DNA of 64,000 nt from an uncultured Prevotella sp. (lineage in GTDB: Bacteria; Bacteroidota; Bacteroidia; Bacteroidales; Bacteroidaceae): NCBI GenBank assembly GCA_946624005.1, contig CAMORS010000004.1, forward strand, positions 3,839 through 67,838. Direction: 5' to 3'. Positions 52,868 to 61,697 of this stretch are shown in pieces (positions within the stretch are counted from its first letter, which is position 1; each line of letters begins with the position of its first letter). The position numbers were made by a program, and so were the translations under genes. The notes beneath the pieces are model-generated. The model was not told where the DNA came from and did no database searches. It worked only from the letters and a program-made list of their open reading frames with translations.

Positions 52868-54337
52868 ATGAACATGAAGAAAACAATCCTAACGATAGCC
52901 GTGGCGGCCCTCATGCAGGGCGCCACGGCTACTGTGCGCTATGCCTCTCCCGACGGTACCGACAGCAACGGCACCTCTATCGACGCTCCGGGCAAGCTCT
53001 CTACGATGATCGGCAAGCTCAACGCCGGCGACGAGCTCTACCTGCTCGACGGGCAGTACGACCTGACGTCATCGCTCTCCATCAACCGCAAGGGAACGGC
53101 CGACAACTATATCCTCATCGCGGCCTATCCGGGAGCGAAGCCCATACTCGACTTCCGCAACACTGCCCTGAAGACCAACGCCGTGAAGGTGGGTGGCAGC
53201 TATCTGCACCTCAGAGGCTTCACCGTGCGCTACGCGGGCTATAAGGGCATCTGGGTGGAAAGCGGAAAATACAACATCCTGGAAAACCTCGAGGTCTACG
53301 GATGCTGCAACGCGGGCATCCAGCTGCGCAGCGGAGGCTACAACATGGTCGTCAACTGCGACGCTCACGACAACTTCGACTATCAGGACGAAGGCGGCAA
53401 TGCCGACGGCTTCGCTGACAAACAGGGCAACGCCTGTGCGGGCAACATCTATATTGGCTGCCGTGCATGGCATAACAGCGACGACGGATGGGATTCGTTC
53501 CAGCGTGTGACAGACGGCACACCGACGGTCTACATCAACTGCATCGCCTATGGCAATGGTCCGGCAACGTTCGATCTGTCGAACCATCCGCGTGCCAACG
53601 GTGTCGATGCCGACTTCTTCGAAGGCAAGGACCTGACGAAATATCCCAACGGCGGAAACCCCAACGGCTTCAAGCTCGGCGGTAAGGGAACCCTTCACAA
53701 CACCGAGCTGTACCGCTGTCTTGCTGTCGGTCATCGCTCGAAAGGCTTCGACCAGAACAACAACGCCGGCACGATGACCATCGTCAACTGTACCTCGTAT
53801 AAGAATAAGTACAACTACGGCTTCGGCAACGACTATGCCTACACGCTCAGCATCTTCAACTGCATCAGCCTCGCGCCCACTGGTGGCAGCGGACAGAACT
53901 ACCACCTCTCGACAGCGAAGAAGGGAACGGTCGTGCAGAGCAACAACACTTGGCTGAGCGGCTTTGCCACATCGGCAGACGATTTCGAGAGTCTCGACGA
54001 GACGCTCATCCTCTCACCGCGCAACGAAGACGGCTCGCTGGCTGAGACACTACTGCTCCACCTGAAGTCGTCGGCCAACAACCTCATCGACAAGGGCATC
54101 GACTTCCGCGACTTCCAGGGTGAGCACATCGGCGACTATGTGACCTTCAACGGAACGGCTCCCGACCTCGGATGCTACGAACGCGCTACGGCCGACGGCA
54201 TCCTCGCCGTCAATGCCACACCGATGCCATCGTCCATCCCCGACAGTGCACCGCGCTTCGACCTGCAGGGCCATCGTGTTGACAGCTCTTACAAAGGTGT
54301 TGTGGTGTGCCAAGGACGCAAGTTCGTGCAGCGCTGA
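52868..54337 (+). CDS. PL9-like beta-helix polysaccharide lyase with T9SS-like CTD
   Basis: NCDAHDNFD, GNADGF, CRAWHNSDDGWD, NGFKLGG, GFDQN. Confidence 0.85.
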   Translation: MNMKKTILTIAVAALMQGATATVRYASPDGTDSNGTSIDAPGKLSTMIGKLNAGDELYLLDGQYDLTSSLSINRKGTADNYILIAAYPGAKPILDFRNTALKTNAVKVGGSYLHLRGFTVRYAGYKGIWVESGKYNILENLEVYGCCNAGIQLRSGGYNMVVNCDAHDNFDYQDEGGNADGFADKQGNACAGNIYIGCRAWHNSDDGWDSFQRVTDGTPTVYINCIAYGNGPATFDLSNHPRANGVDADFFEGKDLTKYPNGGNPNGFKLGGKGTLHNTELYRCLAVGHRSKGFDQNNNAGTMTIVNCTSYKNKYNYGFGNDYAYTLSIFNCISLAPTGGSGQNYHLSTAKKGTVVQSNNTWLSGFATSADDFESLDETLILSPRNEDGSLAETLLLHLKSSANNLIDKGIDFRDFQGEHIGDYVTFNGTAPDLGCYERATADGILAVNATPMPSSIPDSAPRFDLQGHRVDSSYKGVVVCQGRKFVQR

Positions 54338-54404
54338 TAAGACAAAAAAACAACAATATTCGCAGATTTTTCGACAATCATCGAAGAGTCTGCGATTTTT
54401 GTTG

Positions 54405-54412
54405 TACCTTTG
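54405..54412 (+). promoter_or_regulatory. -7 element TACCTTTG
   Basis: TAnnTTTG upstream of ychF. Confidence 0.6.
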
Positions 54413-54446
54413 CCCCTCCAATAGTAAATAAAGTAAACAAAAAGAT

Positions 54447-55547
54447 ATGGCTTTGAAATGTGGTATTGTCGGACTGCCCAATGTTGGCAAGTCGACTCTG
54501 TTTAATTGTTTGTCAAGTGCTAAGGCACAAGCTGCCAACTTCCCTTTCTGCACCATTGAGCCCAACGTCGGGGTTATCACTGTTCCCGATGAGCGACTCA
54601 CACGGCTGGCCGAACTGGTTCATCCGGGACGCATCGTGCCGGCAACGTGCGAGATAGTGGACATCGCTGGTCTCGTGAAGGGTGCTTCCAAAGGTGAAGG
54701 ACTGGGAAACAAATTCCTCGGAAACATCCGCGAGACGGATGCCATCATCCATGTGCTGCGCTGTTTCGAAGACGACAACATCACTCACGTCGACGGCACC
54801 ATCGACCCCATCCGCGACAAGGAGATTATCGATACCGAACTGCAGCTGAAAGACCTCGAGACTATCGACTCGCGACTGGCGAAGACGGAGAAGGCTGCCG
54901 CAGCAGGCAACAAGGATGCCAAGGTGGAGGTCAGCGTGCTCAAGGCTTACAAGGAGGTGCTCGAGCAGGGAAAGAATGCGCGCATCGTCAGCTTCGACAC
55001 AAAGGACGAAGAGGAGGCTGCCCGTAACCTGTTCTTGCTGACGGCAAAGCCCGTGCTCTACGTCTGCAACGTCGGTGAGGCCGATGCCAAGAGCGGCAAC
55101 GACTTTACCCGTCGCGTCGAACAGCTGGCGCAGGAAGAGGGTGCCGAGGCGATGGTCATTGCCGCCAAGACTGAGGAGGACATCGCCGAGCTGGAGAGCT
55201 ATGAGGACAAGCAGATGTTCCTCGAAGAGCTCGGACTGGAGGAGAGTGGCGTCAACCGCCTCATCAAGAAGGCCTACGCCCTGCTCAATCTCGAGACGTT
55301 CATCACCGCCGGACCAATGGAGGTGAAGGCCTGGACGTACAAGAAGGGATGGAAGGCTCCGCAGTGTGCCGGCGTCATCCACACCGACTTCGAGAAGGGC
55401 TTCATCCGCGCCGAGGTCATCAAGTATGCCGACTACATCCAGTATGGCTCCGAGGCCGCTGTCCGCGAAGCTGGCAAGATGGGTGTCGAGGGCAAGGACT
55501 ACGTCGTCCAGGATGGCGACATCATGCACTTCCGCTTCAACGTCTGA
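54447..55547 (+). CDS. ychF: Redox-regulated ATPase YchF
   Basis: [45 protein letters not shown]. Confidence 0.98.
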   Translation: MALKCGIVGLPNVGKSTLFNCLSSAKAQAANFPFCTIEPNVGVITVPDERLTRLAELVHPGRIVPATCEIVDIAGLVKGASKGEGLGNKFLGNIRETDAIIHVLRCFEDDNITHVDGTIDPIRDKEIIDTELQLKDLETIDSRLAKTEKAAAAGNKDAKVEVSVLKAYKEVLEQGKNARIVSFDTKDEEEAARNLFLLTAKPVLYVCNVGEADAKSGNDFTRRVEQLAQEEGAEAMVIAAKTEEDIAELESYEDKQMFLEELGLEESGVNRLIKKAYALLNLETFITAGPMEVKAWTYKKGWKAPQCAGVIHTDFEKGFIRAEVIKYADYIQYGSEAAVREAGKMGVEGKDYVVQDGDIMHFRFNV

Positions 55548-55562
55548 TCGCCCTATGTCCCC

Positions 55563-55683
55563 GTAGGGGCGGAACAGCGTTTCCGCCCGTCATCGCGCAA
55601 GAATCCCCCGTAGGGGTGGAACAGCGTTTCCGCCCGCCATCGCGCAAGAATCCTCCGTAGGGGCGGAACAGCGTTTCCGCCCG
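55563..55683 (+). repeat. Three tandem GTAG-REPs (47-bp period)
   Basis: GTAGGGG(C/T)GGAACAGCGTTTCCGCCCG at 55563, 55610, 55657. Confidence 0.92.
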
Positions 55684-55704
55684 CCACCCCCGCAGAAAAA
55701 GAAT

Positions 55705-56244
55705 ATGCAGAATAACCAATTCCCATCAAGAAAGAATCACCATTTACCCACTGAATACTATGCTGACAGAAAATACTATTTCATCACCATAGTCACACAA
55801 GACCGCAAATGTCTATTCGGCGATATTAAGGATGGCGAAATGATTCTCAACACAGCAGGAAGAATGGTAAAAGATACATACATAGATATGTCGAAAGAAG
55901 TAGAGATTGTCGCAGACCCAATTGTGGTCGTAATGCCTAATCACATTCATTTTCTTCTCTTTAACCATGATGGAGAGACGCCCAATGTAAAAGATTTTGT
56001 TCAGGCATTCAAGCGAAAAACCACCAATCTCTATATCAGGGGCGTGAAGAGCCACCAGTTGATAGCGTTTGACAAGAAAGTATGGCAACGCGACTATTAC
56101 GACCGGATTGTGAGAAATCAGCGGGAGTTGAATTACATACATAATTATATATACACAAATCCGATGAGATGGGATATGGATTTGCTGAACGAACATCATG
56201 GTGAGGAGGTTGATAATATCAATGATAATCTGAAAATGTTATAG
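55705..56244 (+). mobile_element. REP-associated tyrosine transposase (RAYT, IS200/Y1 family)
   Basis: YFITIVT, MPNHIH (HUH), WQRDYYDRIVRN, YIYTNP; AT-rich; flanked by inverted REPs. Confidence 0.9.
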
Positions 56245-56250
56245 GTATTA

Positions 56251-56277
56251 CGGGCGGATACGCTGATCCGCCCCTAC
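56251..56277 (-). repeat. Inverted REP downstream of the RAYT
   Basis: Reverse complement GTAGGGGCGGATCAGCGTATCCGCCCG. Confidence 0.9.
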
Positions 56278-56317
56278 AGAAGGAAATACAAATATAAATA
56301 ATAATCTTAGATAGAAT

Positions 56318-57226
56318 ATGTTTCGATTACTTTACATCACCTGGAACCCGAGCCTCACTCTCGGACCTATCCGCTGGTACTCGCTGTGCTGGCTCGTCGG
56401 ACTGGCACTGGCCTACATCATCGTCAGAAAACTGTTCTACCAGCAGGGCATCGCCGTCAGGACAATCATGAAGAACGGGAAGAAAGAAGAAGAGAACGTC
56501 TTCGACCCACTCTTCATCTACTGCTTCCTCGGCATCCTCATTGGTGCCCGACTGGGCCACTGCCTGTTCTACCAGCCCGACTACTTCCTCTCGTCCGGCA
56601 AGCACATCGTCGAGATGTTCCTGCCCATCCATTTCATGCAGGACGGGTCGTGGAAGTTTACGGGCTATGAGGGACTGGCCTCTCATGGCGGCACGATTGG
56701 CATCATCATCGCCCTGCTGCTCTATGTGCGCTGGTCGAAGCTGAAAGCGTGGACCGTACTGGATAACATCGCCATCGCGACACCTGTCACGGCCTGCTTC
56801 ATCCGCTTGGGCAATCTGATGAACTCTGAGATTATCGGCAAACCCACCGATGTGCCTTGGGCCTTCATCTTCGAGCGTGTCGACATGGTGCCTCGCCATC
56901 CCGGTCAGCTCTACGAAGCCATCGCCTATGCCGTCTTCTTCTTCGTCGGCTGGTGGTTCTATCGCCACAGTTCGGGCTATGCAGGCAGCAAGCCATCAAC
57001 ACCCAACACCCATCACTCATTACCCATCAGCGTGGGCAGCGGCTTCTTCTTCGGACTGTGCCTGACGCTCATCTTCACCTTCCGCTTCTTCATCGAGTAT
57101 ACCAAGGATATCCAGGAAGACTTCGAGGCTGGCATGATGTTCAACATGGGACAGCTCCTCTCAGTGCCCTTCATCGTCATTGGCATCGTCTGCATGGTGC
57201 GTGCATGGCGTAAGAAGACAGCCTGA
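56318..57226 (+). CDS. lgt: Prolipoprotein diacylglyceryl transferase
   Basis: [39 protein letters not shown]. Confidence 0.96.
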   Translation: MFRLLYITWNPSLTLGPIRWYSLCWLVGLALAYIIVRKLFYQQGIAVRTIMKNGKKEEENVFDPLFIYCFLGILIGARLGHCLFYQPDYFLSSGKHIVEMFLPIHFMQDGSWKFTGYEGLASHGGTIGIIIALLLYVRWSKLKAWTVLDNIAIATPVTACFIRLGNLMNSEIIGKPTDVPWAFIFERVDMVPRHPGQLYEAIAYAVFFFVGWWFYRHSSGYAGSKPSTPNTHHSLPISVGSGFFFGLCLTLIFTFRFFIEYTKDIQEDFEAGMMFNMGQLLSVPFIVIGIVCMVRAWRKKTA

Positions 57227-57295
57227 CGGCATGCGAAACTTGAATAAAATAACTTAAAGGATATTGAATAATTTCGGCAAACGGCCGCTTTGACG

Positions 57296-57303
57296 TATCT
57301 TTG
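57296..57303 (+). promoter_or_regulatory. -7 element TATCTTTG
   Basis: TAnnTTTG upstream of dapB. Confidence 0.6.
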
Positions 57304-57332
57304 CAGGTCAATATGATTAAATAGGTATAGCA

Positions 57333-58049
57333 ATGAAGATAGCAATCATAGGCTATGGCAAGATGGGCCACATGATAGAGCAGATAGCTCGCGAGCGTGG
57401 CCACGAGATAGTGAGCATCATCGACATCGACAACGCCGGCGACTTCGACAGCGAAGTTTTCGCTGGGGCCGATGTGGCCATCGAGTTCACCGCCCCCAAG
57501 GCGGCCTACGGCAATGTGATGAAGGCTTTCAGCAAAAACGTGAAGGTGGTGAGCGGTTCGACAGGATGGATGGACCAGCACCGCGAAGAGATGGAACGTC
57601 TCTGCCGCGAAGAGGGAAAGACGCTCTTCTGGGCTTCCAACTTCTCCGTCGGCATGGCCATCTTCCAGGCGCTGAACCGGCAGCTGGCCAAGATCATGAA
57701 CCAGTTCCCGCAATACGATGTCAGCATGGAGGAGACACACCATGTACACAAACTCGACCATCCCAGCGGTACGGCTATCACCCTGGCAGAGAACATCCTC
57801 CACGAGATAGACCGCAAGAGTGCATGGGCCGAAGACACCACGGATCCCGACAAGCTGCGCATCGACAGCATCCGTCGTGGTGAAGTGCCGGGCATACACA
57901 CTGTGCGCTACGACTCGACAGCCGACCTCATCACCATCTCGCACGATGCTCACTCGCGTCAGGGCTTTGCCCTCGGAGCCGTCTTGGCTGCCGAGTATAC
58001 CGCTCAGCACAGCGGAATGCTCACCACCCGCGACCTCTTCGATTTCTAA
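57333..58049 (+). CDS. dapB: 4-hydroxy-tetrahydrodipicolinate reductase
   Basis: GYGKMG, ASNFSVG, ETHHVHKLDHPSGTA, FALGAV. Confidence 0.96.
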   Translation: MKIAIIGYGKMGHMIEQIARERGHEIVSIIDIDNAGDFDSEVFAGADVAIEFTAPKAAYGNVMKAFSKNVKVVSGSTGWMDQHREEMERLCREEGKTLFWASNFSVGMAIFQALNRQLAKIMNQFPQYDVSMEETHHVHKLDHPSGTAITLAENILHEIDRKSAWAEDTTDPDKLRIDSIRRGEVPGIHTVRYDSTADLITISHDAHSRQGFALGAVLAAEYTAQHSGMLTTRDLFDF

Positions 58050-58141
58050 AAACCTCCCCAAGGTTCAGTAAGTCGTAATAATCACCCGAAGGTTCAGTAA
58101 GTCGCTGTTCTGCAGCGACAACCCACAAAAATACATCAGCA

Positions 58142-59602
58142 ATGAAAAAGGAAAAAGCTCCAAACATGCCCCTACAGTGGCTCAAGTTCATCGTCGTACT
58201 CGTGCTCTATCTGCTCTTCCTCTATTGGGTGAAGAGCTGGTGGGGACTCATCGTCGTTCCCTTCATCTTCGATGTCTACATCACGAAGAAGATCAAGTGG
58301 CAGTGGTGGAAAGAGGCTGAAGGCCCCGTGCGCTTCGTCATGTCGTGGATTGATGCGCTCGTCTTTGCTCTTGTGGCCGTCTACTTCATCAACCTCTTCT
58401 TCTTCCAGAACTATGTCATCCCCTCCAGCTCGTTAGAGAAATCGCTCCTCACGGGCGACTACCTCTTCGTCTCGAAAGTATCCTACGGACCGCGCATCCC
58501 CGAGACACCGCTGACATTGCCGCTGACGCAGCATACGCTGCCTATGTTCGAGTGTAAGTCGTACATCGAGTGGCCCCACTGGGACTATCGCCGTGTGAAG
58601 GGCTTGGGAAAGGTGGAGCTCAACGACATCGTCGTCTTCAACTATCCCGCAGGCGACAGCGTCATGTCCAACCCGCAATATCAGGCCAACGACTACTATA
58701 AAGCATGCTTCTCGGCCGGACTGGATATGTACAAGAATCAGTATGGCGGACTGCCTGTCATGGACAGCCTGCCGCAGGAGAAACGCGACGAGTTCTACCG
58801 CGTCATCATCAATGCCGGACGCGATGCTATCAAGAACAACCCGCAGGAGTATGGCAAGATTATCCGTCGGCCTACCGACCGCCGCGAGAACTACGTGAAG
58901 CGCTGCGTCGGACTGCCCGGACAGACGCTGCAGATCAAGGACCACATCGTCTATCTCGACGGCAAACCCAACAAAGAACCCGACAACGTGCAGTACACCT
59001 ACTTCGTCAAGCTGAAGCAGATGATGCCCGACGAGGTGATGAAGCAGCTGGGCATCTCGATGGAAGACCTCACCATGCTCAACCAGACGGGCTTCATGCC
59101 GCTGACAAAGCAGGCTGCCAAGGCGCTGGCTGACAACAAGGAGCTCGTAGAGAGCGTACGCCCCGTCAAGGACAGCGACCTCACCGAAAACAAACTGACC
59201 GACCAGACCTATCCCGTCGACCACTACACAGGATGGACACGCGACAACTACGGCCCCGTCTGGATTCCCGCCAAGGGACAGTCGGTGAAGCTCACGATGG
59301 ACAATATCTACATCTACGAGCGGCCCATCCGCGACTATGAAGGCAATCAGCTCCAGATCAAGGACGGAAAGATCTTCATCAACGGCAAGCAGGCTACCGA
59401 ATACACCTTCAAGATGGACTATTACTGGATGCAGGGCGACAACCGCCACAACTCGGCCGACTCGCGCTACTGGGGCTTCGTGCCAGAAGACCATATCGTG
59501 GGCAAGCCCATCTTCATCTGGTGGAGCTCCGATCCCGACCGCTCGGGCTTCGGTGGCATCCGTTGGAGCAGACTCTTCCGCTGGGTTGACAACATCAAGT
59601 GA
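58142..59602 (+). CDS. lepB: Signal peptidase I
   Basis: IPSSSLE, GDYLFVSK, YVKRCVGLPG, GDNRHNSADSRYWGFVP. Confidence 0.95.
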   Translation: MKKEKAPNMPLQWLKFIVVLVLYLLFLYWVKSWWGLIVVPFIFDVYITKKIKWQWWKEAEGPVRFVMSWIDALVFALVAVYFINLFFFQNYVIPSSSLEKSLLTGDYLFVSKVSYGPRIPETPLTLPLTQHTLPMFECKSYIEWPHWDYRRVKGLGKVELNDIVVFNYPAGDSVMSNPQYQANDYYKACFSAGLDMYKNQYGGLPVMDSLPQEKRDEFYRVIINAGRDAIKNNPQEYGKIIRRPTDRRENYVKRCVGLPGQTLQIKDHIVYLDGKPNKEPDNVQYTYFVKLKQMMPDEVMKQLGISMEDLTMLNQTGFMPLTKQAAKALADNKELVESVRPVKDSDLTENKLTDQTYPVDHYTGWTRDNYGPVWIPAKGQSVKLTMDNIYIYERPIRDYEGNQLQIKDGKIFINGKQATEYTFKMDYYWMQGDNRHNSADSRYWGFVPEDHIVGKPIFIWWSSDPDRSGFGGIRWSRLFRWVDNIK

Positions 59603-59621
59603 TCTCGTCCTTCCGACAACG

Positions 59622-60338
59622 ATGACAATAGTATTGCCAACAACTTATTTCGGACCCATATCATGGTATCGGCAGCTCAACGCCGCCGATATCTGCTATA
59701 TTGACGCCTGCGAACCTTTCCGCAAGCGTACCTTCCGCAACCGTTGCGAGATAGCTACGCCCAACGGCCGACAGACGCTCACCGTACCGGTAGAGCACAA
59801 GGCCCCACTCTCATCGCCCGACAGTAATCTCGTACCCCCGTACCTTCGCACCCCCGCACCTCGTAATGTCATCACCTCCCTCCGCATCTCCGAGCACAAC
59901 AAGTGGCGCCACGTCCATTGGCAGGCCCTTGAGACGGCATACGGCAACTCGCCCTTCTTCGACTATTACGTCGACGACATCCGCCCCTTCTTCGAACCCC
60001 ATTGGGAGTACCTCTTTGATCTGAACCTCGCCATCATCCGCAAGATGTGCGAGCTGTTACAGATAGAGACGTTTGTCGCACCCTCGAAGAGTAATCTCGC
60101 ACCCTCGCATCCCCGCACCCCCGCACCCTCGAATAGTAATCTCGCACCCCCGCACCCCCGTACCCCCGCACCATCGAATAGTAATCTCTCTCCTCTCTCC
60201 TCTCTCCTCTCTCCTCAAATCGTACCTCGAAACAATTACTACCAGACCCATGCCCACCGCACGGGCTTCCTGCCCGACCTATCCATCCTCGACCTCCTCT
60301 TCAATATGGGCAACGAGAGCATCCTCTACCTCCTTTAA
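59622..60338 (+). CDS. WbqC-like family protein carrying repeat-derived insertions
   Basis: RNRCEI, LTVPV, AYGNSPFF, LSILDLLFNMG; follows lepB. Confidence 0.85.
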   Translation: MTIVLPTTYFGPISWYRQLNAADICYIDACEPFRKRTFRNRCEIATPNGRQTLTVPVEHKAPLSSPDSNLVPPYLRTPAPRNVITSLRISEHNKWRHVHWQALETAYGNSPFFDYYVDDIRPFFEPHWEYLFDLNLAIIRKMCELLQIETFVAPSKSNLAPSHPRTPAPSNSNLAPPHPRTPAPSNSNLSPLSSLLSPQIVPRNNYYQTHAHRTGFLPDLSILDLLFNMGNESILYLL

Positions 60339-60342
60339 GTCC

Positions 60343-60868
60343 AAACATCTCACCAAAATGCTCGCAACCCCTTTGCTACAGCGGGGTTTGGATGGTGAGA
60401 TGTTCTGCTAACACCTCACCAGACATCTCACCAAACACCTCACCATCTGGAAGCACCTCCCAACCTCCCCAAAGGAGAGGAGCACCGAGTGGTACATGTA
60501 GGAGGCGACGCTTCCCAGCGTCGCAACAGCGCATAGGTGGCAATAACGAGGCAGGTGTCACGCTAGGAAGCGTGACCTCCTACATTAGCAGGGTGGCAGG
60601 GTACGTGGCAGGTGTCATGCTGGGAAGCGTGACCTCCTACATTAGCGCAAATGCGTGACCTCATATATTAGCGCATAGGTGGCAAATGTAGGAGGCGACG
60701 CTTCCCAGCGTCGCAACAGCGCATAGGTGGCACATGCGGGAGGATGGTTGTTGGTAGAAGATGAATGGTGGGTGCTTTGGTGAGGTCTCTGGTGAGGTGA
60801 TAAAGAAACACCTCACCATCGGGAAGGCCGATAAACACTGGGATTCTGGCCCTTTTGGTGAGGTGTTG
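60343..60868. repeat. About 105-bp imperfect inverted repeats enclosing a cluster of four GTAG-REPs
   Basis: Arms 60343-60448 and about 60760-60868 built of (C/T)CTCACCA units; REPs near 60498(+), 60556(-), 60613(-), 60688(+). Confidence 0.8.
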
Positions 60869-60954
60869 CCTCGTTTTTCGAACAAACCTTTTTCAGCAAC
60901 CGTTATTCTGCTCTTAGCTATGGTCTGCACAGCTGTCGCAGATAGTCTAAGAGC

Positions 60955-61052
60955 CAGTCAGCGACCATCTCTAACTCAGTCAGCGACCATCTCTAACTCA
61001 GTCGGAAACCATCTCTAACTCAGTCAGCGACCATCTCTAACTCAGTCAGCGA
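60955..61052. repeat. 22-bp tandem repeat, about 4.5 copies
   Basis: CAGTCAGCGACCATCTCTAACT, with a variant third copy. Confidence 0.95.
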
Positions 61053-61090
61053 TAGTCCCTGACGATGTCATCAGCGTTGCTTATAAAGAA

Positions 61091-61324
61091 TTATTCCCCA
61101 AACAGTACGAACAAGTTCTCCAGTTCGTCTGGCGTGTTGATTACGGCCACTTTCTCCCGCAGCTCGCTATGGGCAGCGAAGTCGAGACGGCTCAGGGCTT
61201 CTCCTGTCGGTGTTTTGACCATGCGGATGAGTTGGGCACGACCGATGGATGGATTATCCGTTGCATATTGTGCCAACGACTTGGCCTTGCTGACATTGTC
61301 ATCGCGTCCAGGGTCGTGAGGCTT
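61091..61324 (-). pseudogene. Probable 3' remnant of a type III restriction (Res) subunit gene
   Basis: Frame reads KPHDPGRDDNVSKAKSLAQYATDNPSIGRAQLIR...; closed upstream by TAG; resembles the EPH..D..KA..LA.YA....GR..LI C-terminus of Res-like helicase-nucleases (recall, not searched). Confidence 0.55.
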
Positions 61325-61582
61325 TCTTGACTACTTCAAGCTGTGTATGAATAAGACAACCAACAAGGCAAACTGGGAGGCTGCGGACTCCGAGCTTGCT
61401 CGCCTGAGCACCAATGGAGCGCAAGAAGCCAAAAGGGGAAAGAAGAAGACCGCCAAGACGGACGGGACGCTCTATGATATAAATGTTGAGAGACAAGGGG
61501 CTAGAAACCTTACAATTCCTTTCAGAACGTTAAATATCAGAAGATTTTCGCTCTATGGTGACGATAGTTCTCAGAAAAGTTG

Positions 61583-61590
61583 TAACTTTG
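61583..61590 (+). promoter_or_regulatory. -7 element TAACTTTG upstream of the DUF488 operon
   Basis: TAnnTTTG about 110 bp before ATG 61698. Confidence 0.55.
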
Positions 61591-61697
61591 TGCTCTAATT
61601 CTAAAACAGAATTGACAAAGAACAGATATCAGAAACCGTAAATGAACGGAGTGGATACAGGCGTGAGATTATTTAACAACATCGATTTTATATAAGT

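Noticed and set aside
55563..55683. REP triplet as a mini-CRISPR
   Set aside because: The 20-nt spacers are near-identical to each other, and the GTAG hairpin plus adjacent RAYT explain it
60376..61018. Short ORFs in the repeat junction
   Set aside because: They are translations of repeats with no coding signal
61299..61598. ORFs 61299-61496 (-) and 61347-61598 (+)
   Set aside because: Short, mutually overlapping and without a recognisable motif; possibly gene debris
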